Virus record (IMG/VR): IMGVR_UViG_3300048929_000741 | Location: 14,351 to 78,350 of that record | Source of the DNA: a virus | Strand: one strand, 5' to 3' | DNA: 64,000 nt | Shown: piece after piece, positions 40,831-50,115 of the stretch | Numbering within the stretch: position 1 is the first letter of the stretch | Layout of the letters: each line of letters begins with the position of its first letter | Notes under the pieces: model-generated | Seen by the model: the letters and a program-made list of their open reading frames with translations, nothing else | Database searches by the model: none | What the model was told of the DNA's origin: nothing | Position numbers and translations under genes: made by a program

Positions 40831-41220
40831 TTCAAGTGGAATAACTAAGTAATCTATGTAAGCGTATCTGTTGTCAGAACTAGCGTATATCGTTGTAGCC
40901 CAGTTACTACTTGATCCCACCGTGATGGTAAATTGTTTACCTGCATCGGCAATTTTTACCACCTGTGGAGTAAAAAGACGACGGACATCTGAGACTAAAT
41001 CCACGAAAGCATAATGACAGTTATCAAAGAAAAACTCAACAGCTCCGTTTGTGTTTCTGGAAAATTCCATAGATCCTAATGCTACTACAATAGATTTTTG
41101 AGGTACAGTATAGCTCAACTCAGTTATTGGCTCCCAATTGGTATTATTAAATATTTTGTTGGATTGTATTGTTTTCCTCACAGTATAAGCTGATTTTATC
41201 TTATTTAAATTGCTATTTAA
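40828..41220 (-). other. Silent alternative fibre C-terminal cassette 2
   Basis: Begins LNSNLNKIKS.. at site B in the same codon register; beta-rich ~130 aa. Confidence 0.8.
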
Positions 41221-41222
41221 CG
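41202..41222 (-). repeat. Crossover site B
   Basis: TATTTAAATTGCTATTTAA identical to 48862-48880. Confidence 0.85.
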
Positions 41223-41263
41223 TAGAACCGGAGCTGTCCGAAAAAACAGCAGAAAGGGAAATT

Positions 41264-41425
41264 ATGATACAAATAATTGTAACATGTATAATAACAGCAA
41301 TTATAACTTCTCTATTAACGACAAAAATATTAGCCACCTACTATTTTAAAATAATAGATGGCTATGTAAGTAATATGGTTGAAATGTCAAAAGATTTATT
41401 ACGGACAACATATTTGAAGAAATGA
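41264..41425 (+). CDS. Small membrane protein (53 aa)
   Basis: Hydrophobic N-terminus; AAGGG RBS. Confidence 0.5.
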   Translation: MIQIIVTCIITAIITSLLTTKILATYYFKIIDGYVSNMVEMSKDLLRTTYLKK

Positions 41426-42193
41426 AATACCTAAGGAGGTTAATTGAATAACACGTTTTTCTAATTTTAAATTAGGATTAGGATGTATTGATGTATAATT
41501 ATTTAAAAATTCTTCATATACATCATATGCATTTGGCTGTTCGAGATATTGATTATACAAACTTTCTATTAATCCAAGTCTGGTTAAAGAGGAAATGGAT
41601 TGAGATGATTCTTGCATTTTAGTACAATCTGGATTCATTAAAAAAAGATTGGTAATTACATAACTATAAGTGGGCTTTTCGGACTTAATTAACTTAACAT
41701 CGCAAACTGGTAGATATCTTTTGTCCTGTAACAATAATAAGTTTTGTGCGTCTAAAGTCGACATCGTTTTTAATAGTTCTCCAAATGAAGGGTGTACTAA
41801 ATCACTTTTACGGTTATCAATAGAAGCAGAAATCAAATTAGAGAACATTTCTCTTAATTCGTCTTCTTCAACACAGTATTTTGAATTTTCTAATGCTGGC
41901 ATAATCGTTTGGATTTTACCCTCAATACGATTTTCTTCTGGTATTTTAGCAATTTTATCTTCTAATGATTTTTTGAAGATTTCTAAATCAAGTGCATATT
42001 TGATTTTTCGCTTTTCTGCCATTTGAGAGATTCCACCGAAAACTAAGTACCAGCAGTCGGCTAAAGTTTGTCCTGCATTTTTAGTTGGTAAATCCGTTAG
42101 GTTCTTAGCGGCATTATCAACCGAATCGGGAACTTCTACATTTAATAAAGAAAAATTATTTGTTGTTTCTGACATATTAACACGACCTTTCAA
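41399..42193 (-). CDS. DUF4393 / Abi-alpha-like protein
   Basis: PALE.SKY..E..LREMF.NLI..S.D, VHPSF...L..MS..DA, L.RLGLI, LT.LG..F. Confidence 0.75.
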   Translation of the reverse strand: MKGRVNMSETTNNFSLLNVEVPDSVDNAAKNLTDLPTKNAGQTLADCWYLVFGGISQMAEKRKIKYALDLEIFKKSLEDKIAKIPEENRIEGKIQTIMPALENSKYCVEEDELREMFSNLISASIDNRKSDLVHPSFGELLKTMSTLDAQNLLLLQDKRYLPVCDVKLIKSEKPTYSYVITNLFLMNPDCTKMQESSQSISSLTRLGLIESLYNQYLEQPNAYDVYEEFLNNYTSIHPNPNLKLEKRVIQLTSLGISFLQICCP

Positions 42194-42262
42194 TTTGATA
42201 ATAATATCTTATCAGATTGTGAAGAAATAACAATGATTTTGTAGGAAATGTTGTTATGAATT

Positions 42263-42275
42263 TTGCTATTTAACG
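42263..42275 (-). repeat. Crossover site C (TTGCTATTTAACG)
   Basis: 13-bp direct repeat of 41210-41222. Confidence 0.7.
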
Positions 42276-42349
42276 AACTAAATAAACTTGTAAACCAGTC
42301 CCGTACCGGGTCTTATTTTTATGCCCAAGAGGCGGAAAGGAATTTAATC

Positions 42350-42775
42350 ATGAGTAATATTGAAAAAATAAAGTTTGGGGATCAGCCTTTTGATCTGGTT
42401 CCTAACGGGGTGAAACTGGAAGAAACCGGAGGAACAATAACCTTTCAGAAAGGACCGGCCTCCTTTGACAGCATCAAGGCGCTTTTAAAAGCCAATGGTG
42501 AAATCGCTCAGACAGGTTTGTCTGGCAATACTGTTTGGGTTCGTGAAGATTTGGTATATGCAAAAAGATTAACAGAAGAGTCTGATTATGTGATCGGTAA
42601 GGATGAGGACGGAGTAACGGATATCAAGGCGGATGTAATGATTGCCTATTTTAAGACTCCTGATCTGAATGATCGGGTAGCAGCATTGGAAGCAGAGAAT
42701 GCGGAAATTAAAAAGGATAATGAATCCTTAAAAACAACCGTTGGTACTTTAGTTTTATCAAGTCTGGAGGTGTAA
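42350..42775 (+). CDS. Tail-associated protein (XkdW-like position)
   Basis: C-terminal coiled coil; precedes XkdX-like gene. Confidence 0.55.
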   Translation: MSNIEKIKFGDQPFDLVPNGVKLEETGGTITFQKGPASFDSIKALLKANGEIAQTGLSGNTVWVREDLVYAKRLTEESDYVIGKDEDGVTDIKADVMIAYFKTPDLNDRVAALEAENAEIKKDNESLKTTVGTLVLSSLEV

Positions 42776-42777
42776 GT

Positions 42778-42909
42778 ATGTTTGAAATGTTAATGTGGCT
42801 ATATGATGGTGGCAAAGGTAAACTTACGGTCACTATGTTATCAAATGCAGTAATTAAGGGCTGGATCACTGATACAGAAAAGCAGGAGATATTGGCAACT
42901 AAAAAATAA
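42778..42909 (+). CDS. XkdX-like small protein
   Basis: AV.KGWIT..EK.EI motif; GGAGG RBS. Confidence 0.7.
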   Translation: MFEMLMWLYDGGKGKLTVTMLSNAVIKGWITDTEKQEILATKK

Positions 42910-42927
42910 TGAAACGGAGGTGCCGCC

Positions 42928-43242
42928 ATGACAGAAACGGAGGTTGCCGTTAAATTGGAAGCGCATGAGCATGAAATTAAATCATTAAAACATCGGATGG
43001 AAGATCAGGAGGCACAGAGTAAGACAATCCAGGAACTGGTTTTGTCAGTTAAAGAACTGGCTCTAAATATGCAGGCCATGTTAAAAGAGCAGGGAAGCCA
43101 AGGAGAAAGACTGGCAAAGCTTGAAGCTGCACCCGGAGAAGCGTGGAGTAGCATGAAACGTACAATCATTAATACAATAGTAGGGGCAGGAGCCGGAGCA
43201 CTTGCTACCGGGATATTTTATATTATAGCTCAAAATTTATAA
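42928..43242 (+). CDS. XhlA-like lysis-module membrane protein
   Basis: Coiled coil plus C-terminal TM helix before holin. Confidence 0.65.
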   Translation: MTETEVAVKLEAHEHEIKSLKHRMEDQEAQSKTIQELVLSVKELALNMQAMLKEQGSQGERLAKLEAAPGEAWSSMKRTIINTIVGAGAGALATGIFYIIAQNL

Positions 43243-43255
43243 GGAGGGAAAAGGA

Positions 43256-43456
43256 ATGAACAAAGAATATTTAGTAAAATGGGGTAAGGCTGCAGGAATC
43301 AGGGCAATTAAAACTATGGCACAAACCGCTATAGCCACAATAGGCACCACAGCAGCAATGTCAGAAGTTAACTGGGTTATGGTAACTTCTACTGCTGGAT
43401 TGGCAGGTATCATATCGGTTCTAACATCATTAGCCGGTTTACCTGAATTAAAATAG
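43256..43456 (+). CDS. Holin (r1t-like)
   Basis: KAAGIRAIKTMAQTA...SVLTSLAGLPE. Confidence 0.88.
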   Translation: MNKEYLVKWGKAAGIRAIKTMAQTAIATIGTTAAMSEVNWVMVTSTAGLAGIISVLTSLAGLPELK

Positions 43457-43499
43457 CTTGTTGCGACCGTCGCAACGGTTGTAATGTTACAATTTTTAT

Positions 43500-43527
43500 G
43501 GACCTGGGACAATCCTGGGTCCTTTTT
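43500..43527 (+). terminator. Hairpin with U-tract between holin and endolysin
   Basis: GGACCTGGGA-CAA-TCCTGGGTCC-TTTTT. Confidence 0.5.
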
Positions 43528-43544
43528 CGATTGGAGGAAAATAT

Positions 43545-44312
43545 ATGCAGATCAATAAATTACTTACACCCTATAACTACAGCAATGGCGAATTGAACCG
43601 TATTAAATATATCGTAATTCATTATGTGGGAGCGCTGGGAGGAGCAGAGGCTAACTGTAGATACTATGCTTCACAGTATGTTGGTGCCAGTGCTCACTAC
43701 TTTGTAGGCTTTTCCGGAGGAATCTGGCAGTCCGTTGAAGACAAAAATATTGCATGGCATTGCGGAGCCAAAACCTATATCCATCCTGAATGTCGCAACA
43801 GCAACAGCATTGGCATTGAGCTGTGTGTCAGAAACAAAGGCAGCCAGTCCGATACCAGCCGGGACTGGTATTTTGAAGATGCAACAGTTCAGGCAGCCAT
43901 TGAATTAACCAAAGATCTCATGGCGAAGTATAACGTACCTGCAGATCGTGTAATCCGGCATTATGATGTGACTGGGAAGATCTGTCCGAACCCTTATGTC
44001 TATAATCATACGCAGCACACATGGGAGGATTTTAAGGCAGCACTGGTGAAAATACCAACTGAATATACTAAGGGCTGGAACCATGATAAAAATGGCTGGT
44101 GGTATGCTGATACGAAAATTACTTACCATAAATTTTGTTGGCAGATAATCAATGGCCATAAGTACTATTTTAATCCGGACGGATACGCTGTTACCGGTTG
44201 GCAGGAGATAGATGGTAAATGGTATTACTTTGAGCCCAGAGCCGGCCATAACCTGGAGTGTGCGCTGTATGTATCAGATCAGGAAGGAGCGCAGCGTATT
44301 GGTGAGTTTTGA
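43545..44312 (+). CDS. Endolysin, N-acetylmuramoyl-L-alanine amidase (Amidase_2) with cell-wall-binding repeats
   Basis: IVIHY, SAHYFV, AWHCG, SIGIELC, RHYDVTGK.CP; WYYF repeats. Confidence 0.92.
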   Translation: MQINKLLTPYNYSNGELNRIKYIVIHYVGALGGAEANCRYYASQYVGASAHYFVGFSGGIWQSVEDKNIAWHCGAKTYIHPECRNSNSIGIELCVRNKGSQSDTSRDWYFEDATVQAAIELTKDLMAKYNVPADRVIRHYDVTGKICPNPYVYNHTQHTWEDFKAALVKIPTEYTKGWNHDKNGWWYADTKITYHKFCWQIINGHKYYFNPDGYAVTGWQEIDGKWYYFEPRAGHNLECALYVSDQEGAQRIGEF

Positions 44313-44555
44313 GATTAGTGAAATAGTGCTATATTTGTTTGGCAAGGTTACCAATTGCCCAGGTTGATATAAGATGATAATATGAATGCATTCTAAAACA
44401 TAAATCAAATGCTGAAATCCCAGAATACTATAATCGATTATATTAAAAATTTACAAGTCATATGTTACATTCTAATGGCTTTCTTTTCTGCACTTATTTA
44501 TTGCTTAGAATGATAATACAACAATTACAAAAGATAAATTTTGGAGGTATATTGT

Positions 44556-46151
44556 ATGAAAAAGAGAGCATTGCTAAGATTGGCAACGAGTATTTGTTTT
44601 ATGTTTTGTATAATGGTTTTAGGGCAATTCACTACTATGGCTGATGAGGTTGAACCTACATGGATAACATTAACTTCAATGTCTACTGGTAGATCTGACT
44701 TTCAAATGGAAGTAATAAATGGTAAAATTTATGCTATGGGTGGGATTGATAATGGTGTTATTAATAATTCAACAGAGGTATATGATCCAAGTACAAATCA
44801 ATGGGAACCATTAGCTTCGATGTCAACAGCCAGGTATTCATTTCAAACAGAAGTAATAGATGGAAAAATTTATGCTATTGGTGGAGTGATTAAAAATAGT
44901 TCAAGAACTAATTCAATAGAGGTTTATGACCCGGCTACTAATAAATGGACAACATTAGCTTCAATGTCTACAGGTAGGTCTGATTTCCAAACGGAAGTAA
45001 TTAATGGCAAAATATATGCTATTGGTGGAACTACCAATAATAATGCTACCAATTCAACAGAGGTATATGATCCAATTACAAATCATTGGACGACACTAGC
45101 TTCTATGTCAATATCTAAGTGTAGATTTCAAACAGAAGTAATAGATGGAAAAATATATGTTATCGGTGGTTCTGATTTGAATAAAAATAAAACAACAGAA
45201 GTATATAATCCATCTACTAATCAATGGACAACACTAGCTTCTATGTCTATATGTAGGCAGAACTTTCAAACAGTAGTAATAGATGGAAAGATATATGCTA
45301 TGGGAGGACAAGGGCTAAATATTGATGGAGGATTTTTTGTATCAACAGAGGTATATGATCCAGCAATCAATCAATGGACAACATTGGCTTCTATGTCTAC
45401 TAGCAGGACAATGTTTCAAACAGAAGTAATAAATGGGAAAATATATGCTATAGGGGGTTGCGATGCCACTACTCACAAAAATTCAACAGAGACATATGAT
45501 CCATCTACTAATCAATGGACAACATTAGTTTCAATGTCTAAAGATAGGCAAAGATTTCAAACAAAAGTAATTGATAGAAAAATTTATGCTGTTGGTGGTG
45601 ATAGTAATTCCTCTGTGGAAGTATATACAATTCCAGAAACACTATCAAACCTTAAAGCTATTGGCGGAGATTCCAGAGTAGACTTAACCTGGAATCCTGT
45701 AACCGATGCAACAAGCTACACCGTTAAGCGCTTCACGACTGCAGGAGGCCCATATACAACAATAGCGACAGGTATAACAGGAACTACCTATACAGACACG
45801 GGCGTTACTAATGGTACTACATACTATTACGTTGTAACTGCAATCGTAAATGGGAGTGAAAGTTGGAGTTCTAACGAAGCCTCAGCAACTCCACAAGCTT
45901 CCACTAATCCAAATCAGCCAACCGGAAACAAGGCTCTTCTTGTGATCTCAATGGTTACTGGCGAACGTAAAGAATATGAAATGACCACTGATAAAATTAA
46001 CGATTTCATTGCATGGTATAACAGCAAGGCAGCTTCCAGCCCAACCTATGTTATTGAAAAGGAGTATAACAAAGCTTCGTTTACAGCTCGAAAAGATTAT
46101 ATTTCTTACGAACAGATTTCAAACTTTGAGGTGAATGAATATAACAATTAA
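44556..46151 (+). CDS. Secreted Kelch-repeat beta-propeller + fibronectin type III protein (moron)
   Basis: Signal peptide; ~6 repeats GKIYA.GG..EVYDP.TN.W; FnIII LTW..V..ATSY.V.R ... YYYVVTA. Confidence 0.88.
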   Translation: MKKRALLRLATSICFMFCIMVLGQFTTMADEVEPTWITLTSMSTGRSDFQMEVINGKIYAMGGIDNGVINNSTEVYDPSTNQWEPLASMSTARYSFQTEVIDGKIYAIGGVIKNSSRTNSIEVYDPATNKWTTLASMSTGRSDFQTEVINGKIYAIGGTTNNNATNSTEVYDPITNHWTTLASMSISKCRFQTEVIDGKIYVIGGSDLNKNKTTEVYNPSTNQWTTLASMSICRQNFQTVVIDGKIYAMGGQGLNIDGGFFVSTEVYDPAINQWTTLASMSTSRTMFQTEVINGKIYAIGGCDATTHKNSTETYDPSTNQWTTLVSMSKDRQRFQTKVIDRKIYAVGGDSNSSVEVYTIPETLSNLKAIGGDSRVDLTWNPVTDATSYTVKRFTTAGGPYTTIATGITGTTYTDTGVTNGTTYYYVVTAIVNGSESWSSNEASATPQASTNPNQPTGNKALLVISMVTGERKEYEMTTDKINDFIAWYNSKAASSPTYVIEKEYNKASFTARKDYISYEQISNFEVNEYNN

Positions 46152-46264
46152 TGAAGACTAAATACAGGCGGGTATCTGGTATACGAACCCGCCCTTAAAA
46201 ATACTTTCCATATTTGATCCATCGTGGTATTATAGTAATGTAGAGTGGCAGAAAGGATAGCCAT

Positions 46265-46447
46265 ATGAATATAAATGATAATACACTTAAAGCAATCAAT
46301 GTAATTCCTTATAATGGAAAATCAATAAATCTTAATGATCTGTGCATGTCCTACACAAATTTCCAACCAAATCAAGTGTTAGAAGCAGCAGTACATGGAG
46401 ATATGATAGTTATAACAACAGCTATAAAAAACAATCTAACTAGTTAA
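46265..46447 (+). CDS. Small hypothetical protein
   Basis: AAGGA RBS. Confidence 0.4.
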   Translation: MNINDNTLKAINVIPYNGKSINLNDLCMSYTNFQPNQVLEAAVHGDMIVITTAIKNNLTS

Positions 46448-46822
46448 AATTTTAAATGTCGCTCTACTCCCGTTGAAATAAGCCTATAAGTATTACTGTA
46501 TTCGCTGTTTGCATAACGCTGAAGCTGCATTAATCACTTTCTGGTTCCTACGGTAAAAGGAAAGGTCCTGCTGCCGTTAATGGAACTCAGTTCCGCTATA
46601 CAGTTATAGCAAAATCCTCCGGTTTTGTAGTTGGCAAACCTACAATCGAATGACATAGGAGATTTTTTGCTTGATGCTGATGCTATTTGGAAATACACCT
46701 GCATAGCAGAAGGTTTATTTTCTCTATTCTATAATTTAGAATCCCGGACATTCTATAAATACCTTCATAGAATCTCCGGGATTTTGTAAACTTTTAGGAC
46801 AAAAATTAAGCTTTAGATTAAA

Positions 46823-47533
46823 TTAAAAGTTATCATAATAAGATAATCCAAAATTACTTATGTTATAATTCTTTCCATGAACAATGCCAACACCATATCT
46901 AATAGCTTCTCTTCTTTCCTGACCGTCAGCACTTATTACATAAGTATGTATTGCCGTTAAAATATCTGGATCACCAGCCCAAGCCGATCCTTTTGCTAAT
47001 TTATAGCCGGCAATAGATGATAGCATATCAGACTTAGAAACGCTAAATGACCATTCGTGTACAGACTGATCAAAGAGATATGCCAATCCCTGTGTGGTTG
47101 TGATTCCAAAATCACTTGCATAATTTAATGCATGATTAAAATAATCTTCTGCATGACTGATTTGAAGAGAAATACAGTAGGAATTTTTGCCTAATGCTTC
47201 AAAACATGCCTGCCAATCAGAAACTAATGCCCCTTTTGGTGTAGAAATACTATCCCCCCAAGCTACCTGTTTAGAGGTTGAAATTTTTAACATATCTTTT
47301 ACAGATTTAGCTTTAGTTGCACCGAAAATGCTTGTAAAATCTGTATTATGTGATGCAATAAATTCTTTAAGTAACGGCTGTAGTGTTTCTTGTCCTAAAT
47401 TATACTGGATAATACCAAATGACATACCTTGACCATCAGCATTTCCAGTAACATTTGAGTATCCGTTATTGCCTTCAAAAAATCCTGTATTTGATAATAA
47501 TTTTTTCTTAAGACTTAAAGTAATGCTCTTCAT
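46823..47533 (-). CDS. Putative lysozyme/chitosanase-fold glycoside hydrolase
   Basis: FEG...Y....GN.DGQG.SFG.IQ.N motif; GGAGG RBS. Confidence 0.55.
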   Translation of the reverse strand: MKSITLSLKKKLLSNTGFFEGNNGYSNVTGNADGQGMSFGIIQYNLGQETLQPLLKEFIASHNTDFTSIFGATKAKSVKDMLKISTSKQVAWGDSISTPKGALVSDWQACFEALGKNSYCISLQISHAEDYFNHALNYASDFGITTTQGLAYLFDQSVHEWSFSVSKSDMLSSIAGYKLAKGSAWAGDPDILTAIHTYVISADGQERREAIRYGVGIVHGKNYNISNFGLSYYDNF

Positions 47534-47738
47534 ATATTAATCCTCCATATTTTTATTGTAATTAAAAATTTATCATGAGGGGAATTACAAGATGGAAATA
47601 ACATTCCCTATTATTCCATGCTTGTCTCACTGGAATTTTTGATTACACTATATAAAAATAAATTTTTTTATTTTTAGCAACTAAATTTATATTATTTTAT
47701 ATTTATTTAAAAAGTATCATAACTTAAAAGGTTATGGT

Positions 47739-48000
47739 ACTCTCAGACTGTAGACAAAATCCCGGGCTACCGCCCGGGATTTTTCTTTGAAAAGTTTCTA
47801 AAAGTTGAGTATAATAAGGACTTGAAGGCATTTTTCTGATATAATAGGAGTATCAAAATAAGGCGGTGATTCTACCTACTTATGATGACTCAAAATGCTA
47901 ATAAGAAAAGAGAACAGATTAGTTTATGTGTATGGATGATATGGTTACTCAGAATCATCTTCTTAGAATCATTGATAATGCAATTGATCGGAACTTTATA
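47739..48000 (+). mobile_element. IS1182-like remnant (left end and degenerate transposase start)
   Basis: CAGACTGTAGACAAA terminus; MMTQNANKKREQI../..MDDMVTQNHLLRIIDNAID fragments, frameshifted. Confidence 0.55.
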
Positions 48001-48042
48001 ATTGGAATAGGATATTGAACTTCAATGAGTATACGGTAACGT

Positions 48043-48174
48043 CTAAACTTTACAATCTATTGCCAGCTTATCATCTCTTATGCCTTTGAAAACAGGCTGC
48101 CTAAAGCTATCCTTTTCATTTAGACCGGTCTCAAGAAAAGTTAAGCATTCATTTTTTTCACAATTATTTAGCAT
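48043..48174 (-). pseudogene. 43-aa deletion fusion ending in an ATP-dependent DNA ligase-like C-terminus
   Basis: AAGGAG RBS; MLNNCEKNECLTFLETGL-NEKDSFRQPVFKGIRDDKLAIDCKV. Confidence 0.5.
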
Positions 48175-48245
48175 TTGTTTGACTCCTTAACAAAATATAG
48201 TAAAATTTGTCTTTCTGTAGTATATCATATTCTCTATCAAAAAAA

Positions 48246-48259
48246 CAAACATTTGTTCG
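48246..48259. promoter_or_regulatory. LexA (SOS) box
   Basis: CGAACAAATGTTTG on minus strand matches Firmicute consensus CGAACRNRYGTTYG; abuts site D. Confidence 0.7.
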
Positions 48260-48260
48260 A

Positions 48261-48555
48261 AAATAGCAATTTAGCACTAAAAGCAAATGCCAGCGATTTG
48301 GAGAGCAAAGCCGGACTCGGAACAAATAGTTATGATGGTGTACAGTCCATTATATATCCTTCCGGTATAGGCAATACATCATATACAAATGCCCAGGTTT
48401 TATCACGCGCACCATATTCGCAGAACCCAGGTGTACGCGCGATGTATGGATTTGAAAATGTTGGAAGTAACGCAGGCGCATTATATTTAGATACTGATGG
48501 ACGACTTAAATGGATAGCCCATGATGGTAATACAAAAGTAATTGATTGGACATAA
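48261..48555 (+). other. Silent alternative fibre C-terminal cassette 3 (starts at site D, AAATAGCAATTTA)
   Basis: NSNLALKANASDL.. in the same register; beta-rich end 'GALYLDTDGRLKW'. Confidence 0.75.
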
Positions 48556-48595
48556 ATACGCCCGTATCAAACAAAGGATTCTCTAATACAAATGA

Positions 48596-48880
48596 TCATT
48601 TTAATGAAATATTAACTCGAACATATCCGTAGTTTCCGGGCGCAGAACTAAACAATGAAGGATCATTGGTATAAATGCTAAAACTGTTGGGGCTCATGTG
48701 AATTTGCCACTTACTGTAGTCAACATCGTTATCTTGTACGTTAACTCCAGTAATGGTTACATTATACCTGGAACTATGAGGAAGCGATATTCCAGATGAA
48801 GAAGCATATCCACTGCTTCCACCTCCAAAAATAATAGGATATTCTATGTCAGTTCCAATAATATTTAAATTGCTATTTAA
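48596..48880 (-). other. Silent alternative fibre C-terminal cassette 4 (starts at site E)
   Basis: Hand translation: 94-aa open frame LNSNLNIIGTDIEYP...GYVRVNISLK, TGA inside AAATGATCATTT; absent from ORF track. Confidence 0.8.
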
Positions 48881-48984
48881 TTTAGAGGAAAAATAGATAA
48901 AAATAAATGTTAAAATCTATTAAATTATTGTAAATTTTACTTCTTTTTATTATAATATAGTTAAAAAGACTAGGAGTAATAAAT

Positions 48985-50088
48985 ATGTATAATCCTTTTT
49001 TATTATTTAATTTAAACTTACCTGGCGAACTTAAAAACATACCACAAAAAGAAGTAATCGAGGCTAAAAGAAAAGTTAACTCTCTTCTAAAAGATAGTAA
49101 AGCCCAAGCTAAATTAGGTAAGTGCTACTATTGCAATAATGATTATAATAGTTTTTGCAATTCTCATACAATACCTCAATTTTGCTTGAAGAATATAGCG
49201 ATAGATGGAAAAATATATTGCATGAATACAATAATAGAGTTACCTGTTATAAAAGATGAAAAAGGTATAAATGAAGCTGGGGTCTTTCATCTGATTTGTC
49301 GTGACTGTGATAGCAAAATTTTTAAAGATTATGAGAATCCGGAGAATTACAATGATGTTCCTACAATAAAAATGCTTGCACAAATTGATATGAAAAACAA
49401 CCTAAAAAACATTAGTAAGAGATTGATGGAAATAGAATTATACAAACTAATGGGGGAAAGATTATCGGTATCGAATGATTATGTAAGTTATAGAAATGAA
49501 ATTAATGAAATGGATTTAAAAGAATATCATGAAGCCTACTTGAACGCGAAGAAAGTAGATCTAAAACCCACAAATGGTGAATATTTTATTGGCTTTTATG
49601 AAGTACTTCCATATTTAGTCCCAGTGGCTTTTCAAGGCACCATTGCATTAGTTTCAGATCTTAATAACAATATCATCAATGATATATATAATTCTAATCC
49701 TGATTACATAATAAAAAACATATCATTATGTATATTTCCATTTAAAAGTTCAAGTTTAGTTATGCTATTTGTTGAAAAAAATAATCGTAGATTTAGTCGC
49801 TTTTTTAGACAGTTGAAGAAATTTAGTTTAGAAGAGCAATTAAGTATAATTAATTTTATCTTATTTTCTTATACTGAAGATTATTTTATATCACCATCTA
49901 TACCCAAAGACATTATGGAAAAATTAAGTGATGCATCTGGTAAAACTACTAATATGTTAGCAGATGCAAATACAACTAAATCCCAGCAACTTCAAGAAAT
50001 TATTGATAATTTTAATTATAATGAAAGAAATAAAATCCCTAATTTGTTATCTGAGCAATTTGCATTAATTGCTCAAAGAGATAATTAA
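48985..50088 (+). CDS. Moron protein with HNH-like Zn motif
   Basis: CYYC...NSHTIP...FHLICRDCD; very AT-rich. Confidence 0.6.
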   Translation: MYNPFLLFNLNLPGELKNIPQKEVIEAKRKVNSLLKDSKAQAKLGKCYYCNNDYNSFCNSHTIPQFCLKNIAIDGKIYCMNTIIELPVIKDEKGINEAGVFHLICRDCDSKIFKDYENPENYNDVPTIKMLAQIDMKNNLKNISKRLMEIELYKLMGERLSVSNDYVSYRNEINEMDLKEYHEAYLNAKKVDLKPTNGEYFIGFYEVLPYLVPVAFQGTIALVSDLNNNIINDIYNSNPDYIIKNISLCIFPFKSSSLVMLFVEKNNRRFSRFFRQLKKFSLEEQLSIINFILFSYTEDYFISPSIPKDIMEKLSDASGKTTNMLADANTTKSQQLQEIIDNFNYNERNKIPNLLSEQFALIAQRDN

Positions 50089-50115
50089 AGTTTTATTAAA
50101 TTGTTTGATAACTAT

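Noticed and set aside
41221-41337. N-terminal part of ORF-track entry 40828..41337 (-)
   Set aside because: It is the antisense of the small TM gene at 41264; the meaningful frame begins at crossover site B.
46490-46790. Possible gene remnant and long inverted repeat at 46739-46785
   Set aside because: No recognisable frame; the hairpin is adequately explained as the terminator of 46823-47533.
48175-48260. N-terminal part of ORF-track entry 48175..48555
   Set aside because: TTG start without RBS, running through a minus-strand promoter and SOS box; coding-like sequence starts at site D.
38739-48880. Diversity-generating retroelement as the source of fibre variation
   Set aside because: No reverse transcriptase and no template/variable repeat pair seen; cassettes share only the short site.
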